The notes under the pieces are model-generated. The model did not search any database. It had not been told where the DNA came from and saw only the letters and a program-made list of their open reading frames with translations. Both the position numbers and the translations under genes were made by a program. From Octopus vulgaris (taxonomy: Eukaryota), in assembly GCA_951406725.2 (NCBI GenBank), contig OX597816.1, forward strand, positions 172,546,001-172,610,000: DNA of 64,000 nt, read 5' to 3'. Shown here one piece after another: positions 37,770-51,900 of the stretch. The first letter of the stretch is position 1; every line of letters starts with the position of its first letter.

Positions 37770-38745
37770 TATGTGTGTATGCATGTGTGTGTGTGCATAT
37801 GTATATATGTATGTGTGTGTCTATAATTGTATATATTCATGTGTTTAGGTGTCTATGTTTATGTTTTTATGTCTGTGTTTGCGTGTGTGTGTGTATGTTT
37901 GCATATGTGTATGTGAACCTTTGTCTCCTTGTGTGTGTGCATGTCTGAATGTGTATGTGTGTGTGTGTGTTTTGCAACTATGTACTGTGTCTGTATGTAT
38001 GCTTGTGTATCTCCATATGTATGGACGTGTGTCTCCATATGTGTCCTTGTGTGAAATGAAGTGTGTGTGTATATGGTCATGTGTTTCAGTCTTCATTTGT
38101 ACATGTGTATGTATGTGTACTTGTCTGTTCTTATAACCTATGTACTTATCCATCTGTATGTCTATCTGTTTACTTTCATATCCATATGCCTACATACAAG
38201 TGCATATGGATATGAATGTAAACATAGACTTGCCTTTCATCCTTTCGGGGTCGATAAATAAAGTACCAGTTTCGCACTGGGGGCGATATAGTCGGCTCAA
38301 TCCCTTCGTCTGTCCTTGTTTGTTCTCTCTATGTTTAGCCCCTTCTGGGCAGTAAAGAAATATATATGAACAGACAAGCACACATACACACACACATACA
38401 CAAATAGAGACTGAAACACATGACCATATATACACACACACTTTACTTCACACAAGGATGCATATGGAGACACACGTCCACACAAATGGAGATACACATC
38501 TACACATACAAACACGGTACATAGTTGCGAAACACACACACACACTCAGACGTGCACACACAGAAGGAGACAGAAGTACACACTCACATATACAAGCACA
38601 CACACGCGCACACACATACATAAAAACACACAAACACGGACACGCAAACACATGAATATGCAGAATACAAATATAGACACACACACATATATACATATAT
38701 AGATATGCACACACACATACATTCATACAGACACATACATACATA
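37770..38745. repeat. Diverged ~370-bp inverted repeat (37770-38135 and 38363-38745) around a SINE-A 3' fragment (38226-38362)
   Basis: For example ggacgtgtgtctccatat / atatggagacacacgtcc and tggtcatgtgtttcagtc / gactgaaacacatgacca. Confidence 0.88.
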
Positions 38746-38811
<66 letters not shown>

Positions 38812-38814
<3 letters not shown>

Positions 38815-39322
38815 TTAGATAAAACTTAGATATGTTTCGACCAGAGATTGGTCCAGGCCATGTCTAACTTAATAGCACCACCTGATAGGATTATTCGAAT
38901 CCTGTTTAAGTCAAGTTTTGTTCAAGTAGTGAGTTCTTGTTGGGTGAGTTGTATCTAATTATGGGTGGCTTATCTGGTATTCTTTGAAGGAATCTATCCA
39001 GACTCTGTTTGAAGTTGATGGGATCCGTTTCCTCTTTGATCTCCCTCGGGACAATGTTAAATAGGGCAGGGCCTGTTGAGGAAAAGAAATTATGTTGCAG
39101 TGTACATGTATGTTGTGATCTTGAATTTGGCAGGGGACGTATAGCCCGTGGTCCAAGTCTTGGATGGACCTTGAAGCTAATGTTTAGGTCGTTTGGGCAA
39201 AGTTGGCGGTATATTTTCCACATCGTACAAATGATGTACCGCTCACGGCGACGCTGGAGGGAGTAAAGTTTCAAGGCTTTAAGGCGATCCCAATAATCGA
39301 GAGCAGCCATGCCTTCAATTTG

Positions 39323-39325
<3 letters not shown>
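38812..39325 (-). mobile_element. CR1/L2-group LINE 3' end
   Basis: [22 protein letters not shown]...[13 protein letters not shown]...FKQSLDRFL; 3' hairpin gacca-atctc-tggtc and atctaagt tail repeats. Confidence 0.9.
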
Positions 39326-39409
<84 letters not shown>

Positions 39410-39548
39410 CATATATATATGTATGCATATAAATATATATACATACATATATTTATATACATATGTATATATGTATATATTCATATATATGTATATATAC
39501 ATATATATGCATATATACATATATATGTCTGTGTAGATATATATGCAC

Positions 39549-39604
<56 letters not shown>

Positions 39605-39706
39605 TTAAATATGTATATATACATATATGTATTGTGTATATATATATGTATATATATGCATGTATATTTATATGCATGTACATATTTATATGCATTTATA
39701 TTCATA

Positions 39707-39758
<52 letters not shown>

Positions 39759-39826
39759 CATGTCTATATATATGCATGTATACATATATCTATATAGAAA
39801 TACACATGTATATATACTTGTGTGTG

Positions 39827-39884
<58 letters not shown>

Positions 39885-39966
39885 TGTGTATGTGTATTTA
39901 AACTTACTTGAAAATGGATGTGTGGCGTTGAAACAAATAATAATATAAATAATATATGCATATATC

Positions 39967-39998
<32 letters not shown>

Positions 39999-40281
39999 GA
40001 TACATATATATATACATACATACATATATCTGTATATAGATATGCATATGTGGGTACAGTACGTCACCAAACGTAAAGAACACGAAATATGAAAAGAAAG
40101 TTGGGTTCGCAAACAAGGAGAGAAACAAATGGAAAACAAGATAAGTAACATAAAGAATGACCCTTCATCAGTTGTCAGCTTCCTTCTGCTCGTTATTTCA
40201 TCAAAATCGATAAAACGATGTAGGAGGAGTTAGCTAACAACTTCACAAACACACCCACAGGCAGAATCCCCCACATATGTA

Positions 40282-40318
<37 letters not shown>

Positions 40319-40321
<3 letters not shown>

Positions 40322-41045
40322 GGTGATTGGAAAGTAACTCCCTATTTTAAAATACTTATAATTTATTTATTAACTATAATTTTTTTCTCAAATTTGTTGT
40401 GTATGTTCTTTAATGTATAGGAATTGATTCCATGCTGTTTATTTTTTCAGATTTATTATTTTGTTTGAAATTTAGAAGCCCTACAAACATGGCTGGATGT
40501 TTTACTGTGCAGGAGCGTGCCCAGCTAGCTGCACATTACGAAGTTTGGAGATCAGTTGTTCAAGTGCAAAGATGGTGGAGGACCATTAGAGGAAGACATG
40601 CTCAAGTTGATGCAAAAAGATAATCAAGAATTGTCATGCAAATTCATGACTACAGGATTTGTAGCTGATACTTGAAGTGGTCGTCCTTCCAATTCATCAA
40701 GGTTCGCATGACTGGCTGGCCAGAAGCCCTGATTTAACACCCTGCGACTGTTTTTGGGGTTGGTTAAAGGAGGAAGTCTTCTCTACCAAACCAATGCTTT
40801 TGGAAGAACTTGAGGGGTGAATATGAGAAGTTATGTCTTGCATTCCACAAGAGTTCCTGATGAAATCAGTTGATGTGGTTCCCAGTCGGCGTCAGAAGCT
40901 GGCGGTGAATGCTGATGCCTATATCAACTTTTAAATATAATTCCATACTATACACTTTCTTTACATATTCGTTTTTTCTAAAAATTATAGTTAATAAATA
41001 AATTATAAGTATTTAAAAATAGGGAGTTACTTTTCAATCACCCTG
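40319..41045 (+). mobile_element. Internally deleted Tc1/mariner element with ~65-bp TIRs and TA TSD
   Basis: TA|cagggtgattggaaagtaactccctatttt ... aaaatagggagttacttttcaatcaccctg|TA; remnants MAGCFTVQERAQL...SGRPS and WLARSPDLTPCD. Confidence 0.93.
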
Positions 41046-41048
41046 TAG

Positions 41049-41079
<31 letters not shown>

Positions 41080-41283
41080 TCTGTATGTATGTATGTATGT
41101 ATGTATGTATGTATGTATGTATGTATGTATGTATGTAGGTATGTATATATATATATGTATGCATGTATGTATCTATGTATGTAGATATATATATATATAT
41201 ACGTATCTATCAATCTATCTATCTATCTATCTATCTATCTCTCTCTCTCACTCTCTCCCTCTCTCTATATATATATATGTATG

Positions 41284-41316
<33 letters not shown>

Positions 41317-41321
<5 letters not shown>

Positions 41322-42485
41322 AATAAAATAGAACATATGCATATACATAAACATATATGTACGTACCTACCTCTACATGTACATATACACGCATATATGT
41401 GTACAGGACACCAAAAAGACGTCGAACACATAGAGAGACGAAAAACATAGACACAAACCAAGGAACAGGACAAGCAAAAAAGAAAAAAAGAGATACAGGA
41501 CAATAAGCACAACGAAAAATCCCCTTCTTCAGTCGCTAAGGTTTCATCTACTCTACGTTTCGAAGGATAAAAGCGAGACGTATACTTCGAAGAAACTTCC
41601 TTCCTGCGAAAAGCAAATCAATTAAAATTCTGAGATCTTTTCGCAGAGGGGTAAAAAATGGTAAAAAAAGCAAGACGGTAACGACAGTACAAACATATAA
41701 ACAGTAAAAAAAAATTATATATAAACAGTTGAAAAATAAATATATAACAGTGAGAGACAGGACAAGGAGAACAAGATAAGAAGGGCTGTTTACGCCAGAC
41801 GAAAAAAGTAATGCAAACGCTGGATTATAGTGGACGACGAGAGAGAAAGAATGTCGACCAGTGGCCTTAGAAGGCGGGCGAGAAAAGACAGGATAGCAGT
41901 TACGACGGAAGTATCGTCGCAGATGGACGACGGGAATGGGGGAGGAGGAGCAAGAGGAAGAGAGAGAAGAAGGGGAATGGTGCGAGGAGACCATGAAGAA
42001 TGGTGAGGGGAGAGAGAGAATGAAGAATGAGAGAGAGAGGAAGAGACAAGTTAAGTGAGGGAAAAAGGACGAAAAAGGGAATGGGAGAGAAAGAAAGAAA
42101 GATGAAGAGTCGCGTGAGAGTTAATATCAAGGCTAACTTGATAAACAGAACAATCTTACTTAATAGGGTGCGTGCGTTTAGTCGTATAATATGTTAATAA
42201 AATAGAACATATGCATATATATAAACATATATGTACGTACCTACCTCTACATGTACATATACACGCATATATGTGTACAGGACACCAAAAAGACGTCGAA
42301 CACATAGAGAGACGAAAAACATAGACACAAACCAAGGAACAGGACAAGCAAAAAAGAAAAAAAGAGATACAGGACAATAAGCACAACGAAAAATCCCCTT
42401 CTTCAGTCGCTAAGGTTTCATCTACTCTACGTTTCGAAGGATAAAAGCGAGACGTATACTTCGAAGAAACTTCCTTCCTGCGAAA
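41317..42485. mobile_element. Non-coding element with 295-bp terminal direct repeats (41317-41611 and 42191-42485) embedded in (TA)n
   Basis: The repeats are essentially identical, offset by 874 bp. No TG...CA ends and no primer-binding site seen. Confidence 0.8.
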
Positions 42486-42718
42486 TATATATATATATAT
42501 ATATACATATATATGTATATATCTATGTATATACATATATATGTATATATATGTGTGTCTGTGCTTGTATCCCCACCATCGCTCGACAACCAATGTTGAC
42601 AAAACAACCCGATAGAATAAGTGACTCCAGTATGGCCGCAGTTAGATGACGATACAAGTAAAATAATACAAATTATGCCAATTGAATCCCGAGCAACGTC
42701 GAGTATCTCTGCAAATAT

Positions 42719-42749
<31 letters not shown>

Positions 42750-42751
42750 CA

Positions 42752-42911
<160 letters not shown>

Positions 42912-43295
42912 CTCTCACAGACACATACATACTCAGCGGCACACCATGTGTGTGTGTAAGTTTGTATGTTTGATGTACATCATTGCCTGGTAATAACATC
43001 CAGTATTGCAGACCTTAACTGTCCTAACAGGGTAACAGGCCTGACTAAACGGGGCTGAGTCACGTACAGATCTATCTGACGTCACATTTGAAGTAGCAAA
43101 TTGCTTGGAGGAATTATAGTGTGATCCGTGTGTGTGCGTATTTGTATGTGTGTGTGAGTGTATGTGTGTGTGTGTACGTGTGTGCGGGCGTACATACATT
43201 CCTGTATATGCGTGTGTGTATGTATGTATATATGTATGTATGTATATATATATATATATATATATCAATTTATATATGTATATATACATACATAC

Positions 43296-43339
<44 letters not shown>

Positions 43340-43340
43340 T

Positions 43341-43400
<60 letters not shown>

Positions 43401-43482
43401 ATATATATAGCACAGACACACACATATATATACACATATATGTATATACATAGATACATACATACATATATAAGTATATATA

Positions 43483-43620
<138 letters not shown>

Positions 43621-45084
43621 TTTTTACCTTTGAAAGGCACACACGCGCCGTTTATTTTTGAATGTTAAAGAAAAAGAACGTTTATATGTGTGTGTGTACA
43701 TGACCGTAGTTTATATGTTTGTATATGGATATATATATAAGGGGAAGAATATCTGTATATGTGTATGATATGTGTGTGTGTTTCTGTATGTGTGTGTGTG
43801 CGCGCGAGTAGGGGAAAGTAGCTGTTCGAAAGAAGAAGGCGATACGTGAAAGGTAAGGTTTGCGTACTTGTGATACACATACATACATACACATAAATAG
43901 AAAGATATACATACGTAGGTATACACGCACATATATACACACATATACATACACACACAGAAATATGCATTCATACGAGTATGTGCACGTGTGTGCACGA
44001 GTGTGTGTTTGCGCGTGTATGTGCTTCTGTTCGATCAACTAACGCAAGGTGAGAGGGAGGAAGAAAGAAAGAGAGATAAAGAGATAGATGGATAGATAGG
44101 TAGATAGATAAAGCGAGAGAAAGAGAGAAAGACAGAGATAGAGATGTAGGGAGAAAGAGAGGTAGCAGAAGGAAGACAAGGTTAGGGAAAGAAAGAGAAT
44201 TAAGCGGACAAAAGTAAAGTGAAACGCAGATTTTTGAGTTTTTGTGCGCGGAATGTGCATTTAAGCGTAAAACAAATCTATTAAAAGCCACTTGCAAACG
44301 TGTTCAAATTAAACACACAGGCTCGTGTGCAACAAACACACACGCACATGCACACACACAACACACGCGCACACACACACGCGCACACGCGTATACACAC
44401 AACTGTAAGTGTGTGTATATATATAGGTGCGTGTATGTGTGCGTGCATGTGTCTGTATGCATGCGTACAACCGCACGCGCACACACACATATGTATATAC
44501 TCATGGTTACATATATGCGTGTTTGTGTTTGTGTGTATATTTGTATATATGTGTATACGTATATGCATTTGTATTTGTATGTTTGTTTGTATATATGTAT
44601 TACTTATATACACACACATACACAAATGGCAAGCACACACGCGTGTTTCAGTTTAGGAGCCCATTATACAAATGTTTGTTCTGACAAACATTTCAGCTCT
44701 TAAAGTCCAACAACACTGACAATAAGGCAGGTAGCAGGGGGCAATCACAGTGAAAAAAAAAAAAAATGTTAGGAAGTGAGAATGTAGGTGCCCGTGGCTT
44801 TGATGTTGATTGGGAGGTTGTGTTGCGTTGATAACAGCACAATATGACTTTTGTGTAAATAACGACTACATCCACACACATCCACACACACACATACATA
44901 TACATTCACACGCAAACAAATTCACACAAGTACACCTATGAATAAACGTACACAAGCAACACGCGCCGTGCGTCACGCCGACGCACGCTCAAAGCTCATC
45001 ACCGAATTATTATTATTTGAGGTTGGTAGAATCGTTATTGCTTCGTTATTAGAATCGTTATATGACTTCTGACGTTTTAATGAT

Positions 45085-45530
45085 CTGAGTTCAAATTTCG
45101 CCGAGGTCGACTTTGCCTTTCATCCTTCAAGGTCGATGAAATAAATACCTATTTTTTTTACTACCCACAAGGGGCTAAACACAGAGGGGGAAAACAAGGA
45201 CAGACAAACGGATTAAGTCGATTACATCGACCCCAGTGCGTAACTGGTACTTAATTTATCGACCACGAAAGGATGAAAGGCAAAGTCGACCTCGGCGGAA
45301 TTTGAACTCAGAACGTAGCGGCTGACGAAATACCTATTTCTTTAAAGGGGCTAAACACAGAGAGGACAAACAAGGACAGACAAACGGATTAAGTCGATTA
45401 CATCGACCGCAGTGCGTAACTGGTACTTAATTTATCGACCACGAAAGGATGAAAGGCAAAGTCGACCTCGGCGGAATTTGAACTCAGAACGTAGCGGCTG
45501 ACGAAATAACACAAAGCATTTCGATGAAAT
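45085..45530. mobile_element. SINE-A cluster including a minus-strand head-to-tail dimer (~45143-45525)
   Basis: Junction gacgaaatacctatttcttt at ~45324-45343; further degenerate copies extend to ~45990. Confidence 0.85.
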
Positions 45531-46067
45531 AAATACCAGTTATATACCCTCCCTAAAATTGCTGACCTTGTGACAAAATTAGAAACTGAAAGCTGGCAGA
45601 CTGGTAGAATCATTAGCACGCCGGACAAAACTTTTAGCGACGTTTCTTCCGGTTTTATGCTTTCGAGTTCAAACACCGCCGAGGTAGTCTTTGCCTTTCA
45701 CCCTTTTCGGTGTCGATAAAACAGCTTGTTGTTGATCACCGAGGTCGATGTAATCGACTTAGACCCACCCGACGAAAGTGCAGGCTTTGTGTCTATAGTG
45801 GAAAGAATTATGCTTTGGATTTGGTAGAATTATTACAGCGTCCGACCAAACGTCTTCTGCTGGTTGTTCTGACTATTTACATTCCGAGTTCAAATCCCAA
45901 CACCTGTTTTGGCTTTCATCCTTTCTTGGTTGAGAAAATAAAGTATTGGGGCCGATGTAATCAACGTAACCCTTCCTTAAAATTACAATGACCCATAAGA
46001 CATCCCCTCTCCCCTAAATATTAAAAAAAATTACCAATGCTAAGAAAAGAAAAAGAAACTCACTCTT

Positions 46068-46135
<68 letters not shown>

Positions 46136-46218
46136 CTGGCGGATACGAACAAATGGATGGAGTTACTTTTGAGGAACGCTGCATCAACACTCTCCGCAGT
46201 TGCTACACCAATAATATC

Positions 46219-46463
46219 TATTTCTTTACTACCCACAAGGGGCTAAACACAGAGAGGACAAACAAGGACAGACAAACGGATTAAGTCGATTATATCGACC
46301 TCAGTGCGTAACTGGTACTTGATTTATCGACCCCGAAAGGATGAAAGGCAAAGTCGACCTCGGCGGAATTTGAACACAGAACGTAACGGCAGACGAAATA
46401 CGGCTACGCATTTCGCCCGGCGTGCTAACGTTTCTGCCAGCTCGCCGCCTTTATCATTTTATA
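46219..46463 (-). mobile_element. SINE family A
   Basis: 15-bp TSD tacaccaataatatc at 46204-46218 and 46464-46478. Confidence 0.93.
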
Positions 46464-46827
46464 TACACCAATAATATCAACACCATCGTCCCCATCACCA
46501 CCGTTACTACTATCACAGGCGCCACTATTACACATACGATCTAATTCATACGCACAACAGCAGTCAGATTACACACCCCAGCGCGAACAAAACAGAAGCC
46601 ATTAACTACACGGTTATAAACACAAGCAATATAGAACTTATGGACGCATACACAAACATACAAACATTATAGACAATAACTGTATCTTGTTAACCAATAA
46701 TGTTTCAGTACACATCATTCATATATCAGACCATGCATGCAAAATCTTAAAAAATAAATCCCCGAAAAGAGCAGGAAGCTCCAGGGGGGAATATAAACAA
46801 AAGATTATGAGAAGAATTACTCATGGA

Positions 46828-47233
46828 CAGGAGTGGCTGTGTGGTAAGTAGCTTGCTAACCAACCACATGGTTCCGGGTTCAGTCCCACTGCGTGGCATC
46901 TTGGGCAAGTGTCTTCTGCTATAGCCCCGGGCCGATCAATGCCTTGTGAATGGATTTGGTAGACGGAAACTGAAAGAAGCCCGTCGTATATATTTATACA
47001 TATATATGTGTGTGTGTGTATGTTTGTGTGTCTGTGTTTGTCCCCCTAGCATTGCTTGACAAGCGATGCTGGTGTGTTTACGTCCCCGTCACATAGCGGT
47101 TCGGCAAAAGAGACCGATAGAATAAGTACTGGGCTTACAAAGAATAAGTCACGGGGTCGATTTGTTCGACTAAAGGCGGTGCTCCAGCATGGCCGCAGTC
47201 AAATGACTGAAACAAGTAAAAGAGTAAAAGAGA
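46828..47233 (+). mobile_element. SINE family C
   Basis: Matches the family consensus. Confidence 0.92.
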
Positions 47234-47289
47234 GTATGGACAAACCTACAGCCAGCTAAAGGCAAAAATCATCTACCACCCCCCTAAAG

Positions 47290-49139
47290 CAGGGGTTCTC
47301 AGACTTTTACAAAAGTTTTACGTGCTGGTCCCCTTACAGCTTTTTCCGCTGAAAATTAAAATGGAAAAAATGACATACAACACAAATGAGAAGCAAAAAC
47401 AGTCCAAAAATATCCCGATCATCTGACATTAAGAACTGCATAAGACCCATTTATATCCGTTTGGCAAAAGGAAACGCGGGTTATACAAGAAAACTGCGGT
47501 ATATGACAGTGTTTCTCGAACTTTTGGCATCACCTGCCTTTTCCACCATGTTTGCGATGCTATTCTTCTCCATTATCAGGTCATTTCTCATACTGATTAT
47601 CCAAGAGGAGCATTCCAATCAATTTAGCTGTCTTCAACAGAAGAACTGTAATAGCATCACAAAATGTGCAGAAGTTTTTGCAACTGGGCCACTAGTATGC
47701 GTAGAAACCCACAATTTTAGTACAAACACCGTCTTCTCCTCCTCTCCTGAAGGTTTGCCATCCCTTTTCCTGAATCCCTGGTACATAACAACAAAAACTA
47801 TATAAGAAATTATTTATTCGCATAAGCAGAACCATCTGTCATTTTATATACAGTAAAGTAACCAGCGCTTCAATGATCGGTTCTGTTTTGAAGAGGGCAA
47901 CCCTCATTTCTGGTGTGACATCCAGTCGATTTCGTAATTTCGTTTTGTTGGCAAGTGGAAAACGCGGTCTCACACTCATAGGTGGTTGGAAATGGCATCA
48001 GTACTTAAAGAACCATCTTTGCGACATCAAAATATGACCGTACCATTTCAATCCAAAAGTCAGAACAGCATATTTCACAGGAAAACATTTTTCCTCTCGA
48101 TCATTGACCAAATCAATGAACTGCTCTTGAATTGAATTGTCTTGTGTTGGCAGATCACTAACAGAGAGCACAAAGGGGTTCCTGATAAAGCAGCAGTGTT
48201 TGTCAAGGTCATGAAGATCAGGAAAATAAAGAGATATTTCTCTGCCAAATATTGACTTGTGTTGTTTCAGGAGTTCAACGATGTCGTCATTGACTTGAAT
48301 TTTGTTTTCATCAATAAACATGAGGAAATGCTGCAAAGTTCTTTCTATCTAACTTTGGGTGCCGAAGTTCAAGCTTCATTTTGAAAGCAGTTAGTTTTTC
48401 ATGAGAATGAAACATGGTTATATCTTTCCCTTGCAGTGAAGAATTGACCGTCTCATTCACTGACTCAAATATGACCACCAGGAATGGCAAGCGGATCAGA
48501 AAACGAACATCGGTGAATTTAGCGAATAAATCTGGCTTGGCGTCTTTTAAAAAAATTGTGAACTTCTTTTCGTAGAAGGAAGACCCTCTTTACTGTTTTT
48601 CTTCTCGAAAGCCATCTCACTTGTGGGGGCAGCAGAAGCGTTTCAAACTCAGAATAACTTTCTTTGCACAACTCGGCAAACAGACGGGAGTTGAGTGCGT
48701 TGGCTTTGATGAAATTCACCTCTGTAATCACGTAATTCAGAACATTTTTAACTCATCAGGCATGGTTTTCACCATTAGTGATTGTCGATAAATTGTGCAG
48801 TGTGTACCAATAGCACCTGGAGATTTTTCGTTCACCAAAGTCGGATCGGCAATCAAGCATCGCCGCAGCGCCATCGGTGCACACGCCAGTGACATGCTCT
48901 CAGTTGACGTCATGTACTCCCCCAAATTTGTCCATTTTGTTAAATATTTCCCTTGTGGTTGTTTTGGTGCTAATGGTTTCAAGAAAACAAGAGTTCGTAT
49001 ATCAGGTGATTGTTATGTACATAACGTACATAGACGTAAAGTTGGGCCAAGTTGGAAACATCGATCATTTCATTAAGCTGGATCAAAAGAGAATTGAAAA
49101 TCTTGGAGACAGAATGCTATCAAACAGCTAACAGTATCG

Positions 49140-49211
<72 letters not shown>

Positions 49212-49940
49212 GCTTCAGCTTCTGAAGTTGAGAACTTTCCAGCACATTCGATATGATATCTTTGCAGCAAGGCAACATCAACTCTTCGCTGATATTGTGG
49301 AGCTTTTCGGCAACAGCTATTTTCCTTGAAACTTCGTAGGATGCTTTCAAACCAGCCAAATGTCCAGCAAAAACATTCCTGTCATCAGGTCTGGACTTCT
49401 TCAATCTGTCGCCAAAATCTGAAGAAGTCGCCAAAACCTCGGAACACAAAACATGTTTCCTTCTCCGCCAGACTTTGTCACAATAAAACCGAATTTCAAA
49501 TAAGATGTCATATCTCATTTTCTTTTTTGGAAGCATTATAAAAAAAGTTAAAATTCAGTAAACCAATTTAATATAACTGTATTGTATATTTATTTCGAAT
49601 TTGTCATATACTACGGGTGAGTAAAGGGCAAGGTCATGCGGGAACATGCTCCGGTAAGGTTAGTGATGGCGAAAGATATGCAAACATGTGGATTGCAATA
49701 GAGGAGTGGTGAATCATATGAGCGCAGAATACCGACAGCAAATGTACGATCAAGCGTTATACCCACATATTTTCCATCAATCAATCACATTTGTTGTACA
49801 ACAGATGTGATTAGCAAATGAGTGTGTAGGGAGTGATGAGGGTTTTTGAGGTCAACGACAAAAATGGATGATAGCATGCGAAAAATTGAAATTTTAAAGC
49901 TTGACTGTCTCAAGCCACCCGTTTTCAGTTTGAGAACTAA
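47290..49940 (-). mobile_element. Decayed hAT (Charlie/Buster-type) transposon
   Basis: LKASYEVSRKIA...HNISEELMLPC, VSLS..NDTVS, CTDGAAAML, THCTIYRQSL, VNFIKANALNSRLF...VRWLS. TIR-like caggggttctcagact at 47290 and agtttgagaac at 49927-49937; ends uncertain. Confidence 0.85.
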
Positions 49941-51184
49941 AGGAATAAAGTGAGAGATTCTCATTTTCCTTCTGACGAATGTACCCTTACCCAGAATAGT
50001 TAGTGCAAATGCACGTGACCTGAGGTTCGTCTTGGAAGGAAAGCTATCTGCGCAACGACTTCAGGTCACTAGACAACTATGGTGGTCATCAGCTACGACG
50101 TGCACGATGTGCAGGTACTGATGATATGAAGACACGCACCGAAGCTGCGACATCTCCAGCGATTCCTCACAAGTAAAATTATGTCGAACACCTACTGGCG
50201 CGTGTAAGATGGATCCAGCCATCAGCTGAGTCTGTTGCAAAATCGCTCTACGGCCTTCCTTTTGGCCAGGCAGGGTAGGCGGGGTTTATCAGTCTGGTTT
50301 GTCAGTTTCCTGTTTATACTTACACATTGTCGTTAATTTTTTTTCTAAACCCTTTGTAATTAATAAACAAAGCATTATTATTGTTGTTATTGATACTTTC
50401 ACTTTAAAAAAACCCCCATCGATTCAAAGACTTTTAGGACGGGATATCGTTTCAAACGGGTTCTACAAAAAAAGTCAAAAGGAAAGCTAAAAGCTTTAAA
50501 GCATCTTAAAATTTACAAAAAATATACAAATCTAAGAGTGTGTGTCTTTGTGTCTATGTTGGTCCCCACCAACACTTGACAACGGGTGTTGGTGTGTTTA
50601 CGTCCCTGTAACTTAGCGATTCGGTAAAAGAGACCGATAGAAAAAGTGCCAGACTTAACAAAAAGAAAGAAGCTCTGGGGTCGATTCATTCCACTAAAAG
50701 CTCTCCAAGTTGTGCCCCAACACTTTTCTTTTCGGGGTCAATAAAGTAATTACCAGTTGAGATGTAGTCGACTTACTCCCTTCCCAGATATTGCTGGCCT
50801 TGTGTCAAAATTGGAAACCAGTATTAAGGAAATATTTATCTTTATAGGTATAGTACTTATAAAAGTATTGTCTTATTCGTTTTTATACTTTTCTGTTCGG
50901 AGGTGACAGTAAGTTAAGGCAAGTTAGATATTTCCAGAAAAAGACAAAATATACTTTATCCAATTTTTGATTGGAGTCGAAAGAATTAAATCTTGGTTTC
51001 TTGGTCTCTCGCTCTCTTGGAAGGTATGTGTAATTGTATACCTGCTGTCCCTGAGGCCCGTTCTTTGACAATTTTTGCAAGTTCTCCAATACTACGAACT
51101 CCGTACATCTAATTGTTAGCAGGGCTTTTTGATTGCCTTGTTGCAAGTTGGCGAGCGTGGTATACACACACACAAACACACACG

Positions 51185-51250
<66 letters not shown>

Positions 51251-51269
51251 TACAAACACACACAAATAT

Positions 51270-51900
51270 ATTGGGTCATCCCATAAATAATGTGGGGTTT
51301 TTTAATTGCATGAGATAAAAGTCTGAGGGGGACGAGTTAAATTACCTGCATCAACTTGTTATAAAAGCAGGTAGTAATTTTACCATAGGCGCAGGAGTGG
51401 CTGTGTGGTAAGTAGCTTGCTAACCAACCACATGGTTCCGGGTTCAGATGCGTGGCATCTTGGGCAAGTGTCTTCTGCTATAGCCCCGGGCCGACCAATG
51501 CCTTGTGAGTGGATTTGGTAGACGGAAACTGAAAGAAGCCTGTCGTACATATGTATATATATATGTGTATGTGTGTGTTTGTCCCCTAGCATTGCTTGAT
51601 AACCGATGCTGGTGTCACATAGCGGTTCGGCAAAAGAGACCGATAGAATAAGTACTGGGCTTACAAAGAATAAGTTCCGGGGTCGATTTGTTCGACTAAA
51701 GGCGGTGCTCCAGCATGGCCGCAGTCAAATGAGTGAAACAAGTAAAAGAGAGAAAGAGAGAGAGTATGTCTTTATTCTTGGTGCAAGTTCGATTTTAACA
51801 GTAATTTTTTCAAAGCTATAATGGAAGTGACAATTTTGCTTTATGAGTTCAATAAAGGCAACAATGCAACGGAAAGTCGGGGCAATATTAATGCAGTATA
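51270..51900 (+). mobile_element. Mariner left end and transposase N-terminus, split by SINE-C
   Basis: TIR-like ttgggtcatcccataaataatg; ILLYEFNKGNNATESRGNINAVY resembles the mariner HTH start. Confidence 0.7.
51388..51763 (+). mobile_element. SINE family C
   Basis: Matches the family consensus with small deletions. Confidence 0.9.

Noticed and set aside
42685-42715. cccgagcaacgtcgag resembling the Helitron 3' motif
   Set aside because: It lacks the CTAG end and an identifiable 5' end; at most a remnant.
47386-47805. 139-aa ORF inside the hAT boundaries
   Set aside because: No recognisable motif on either strand; I cannot support captured-gene status without a search.
49990-50250. Possible Tc1 transposase remnant
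   Set aside because: Only vague resemblance to the SPDLNPLD region; too weak to call.
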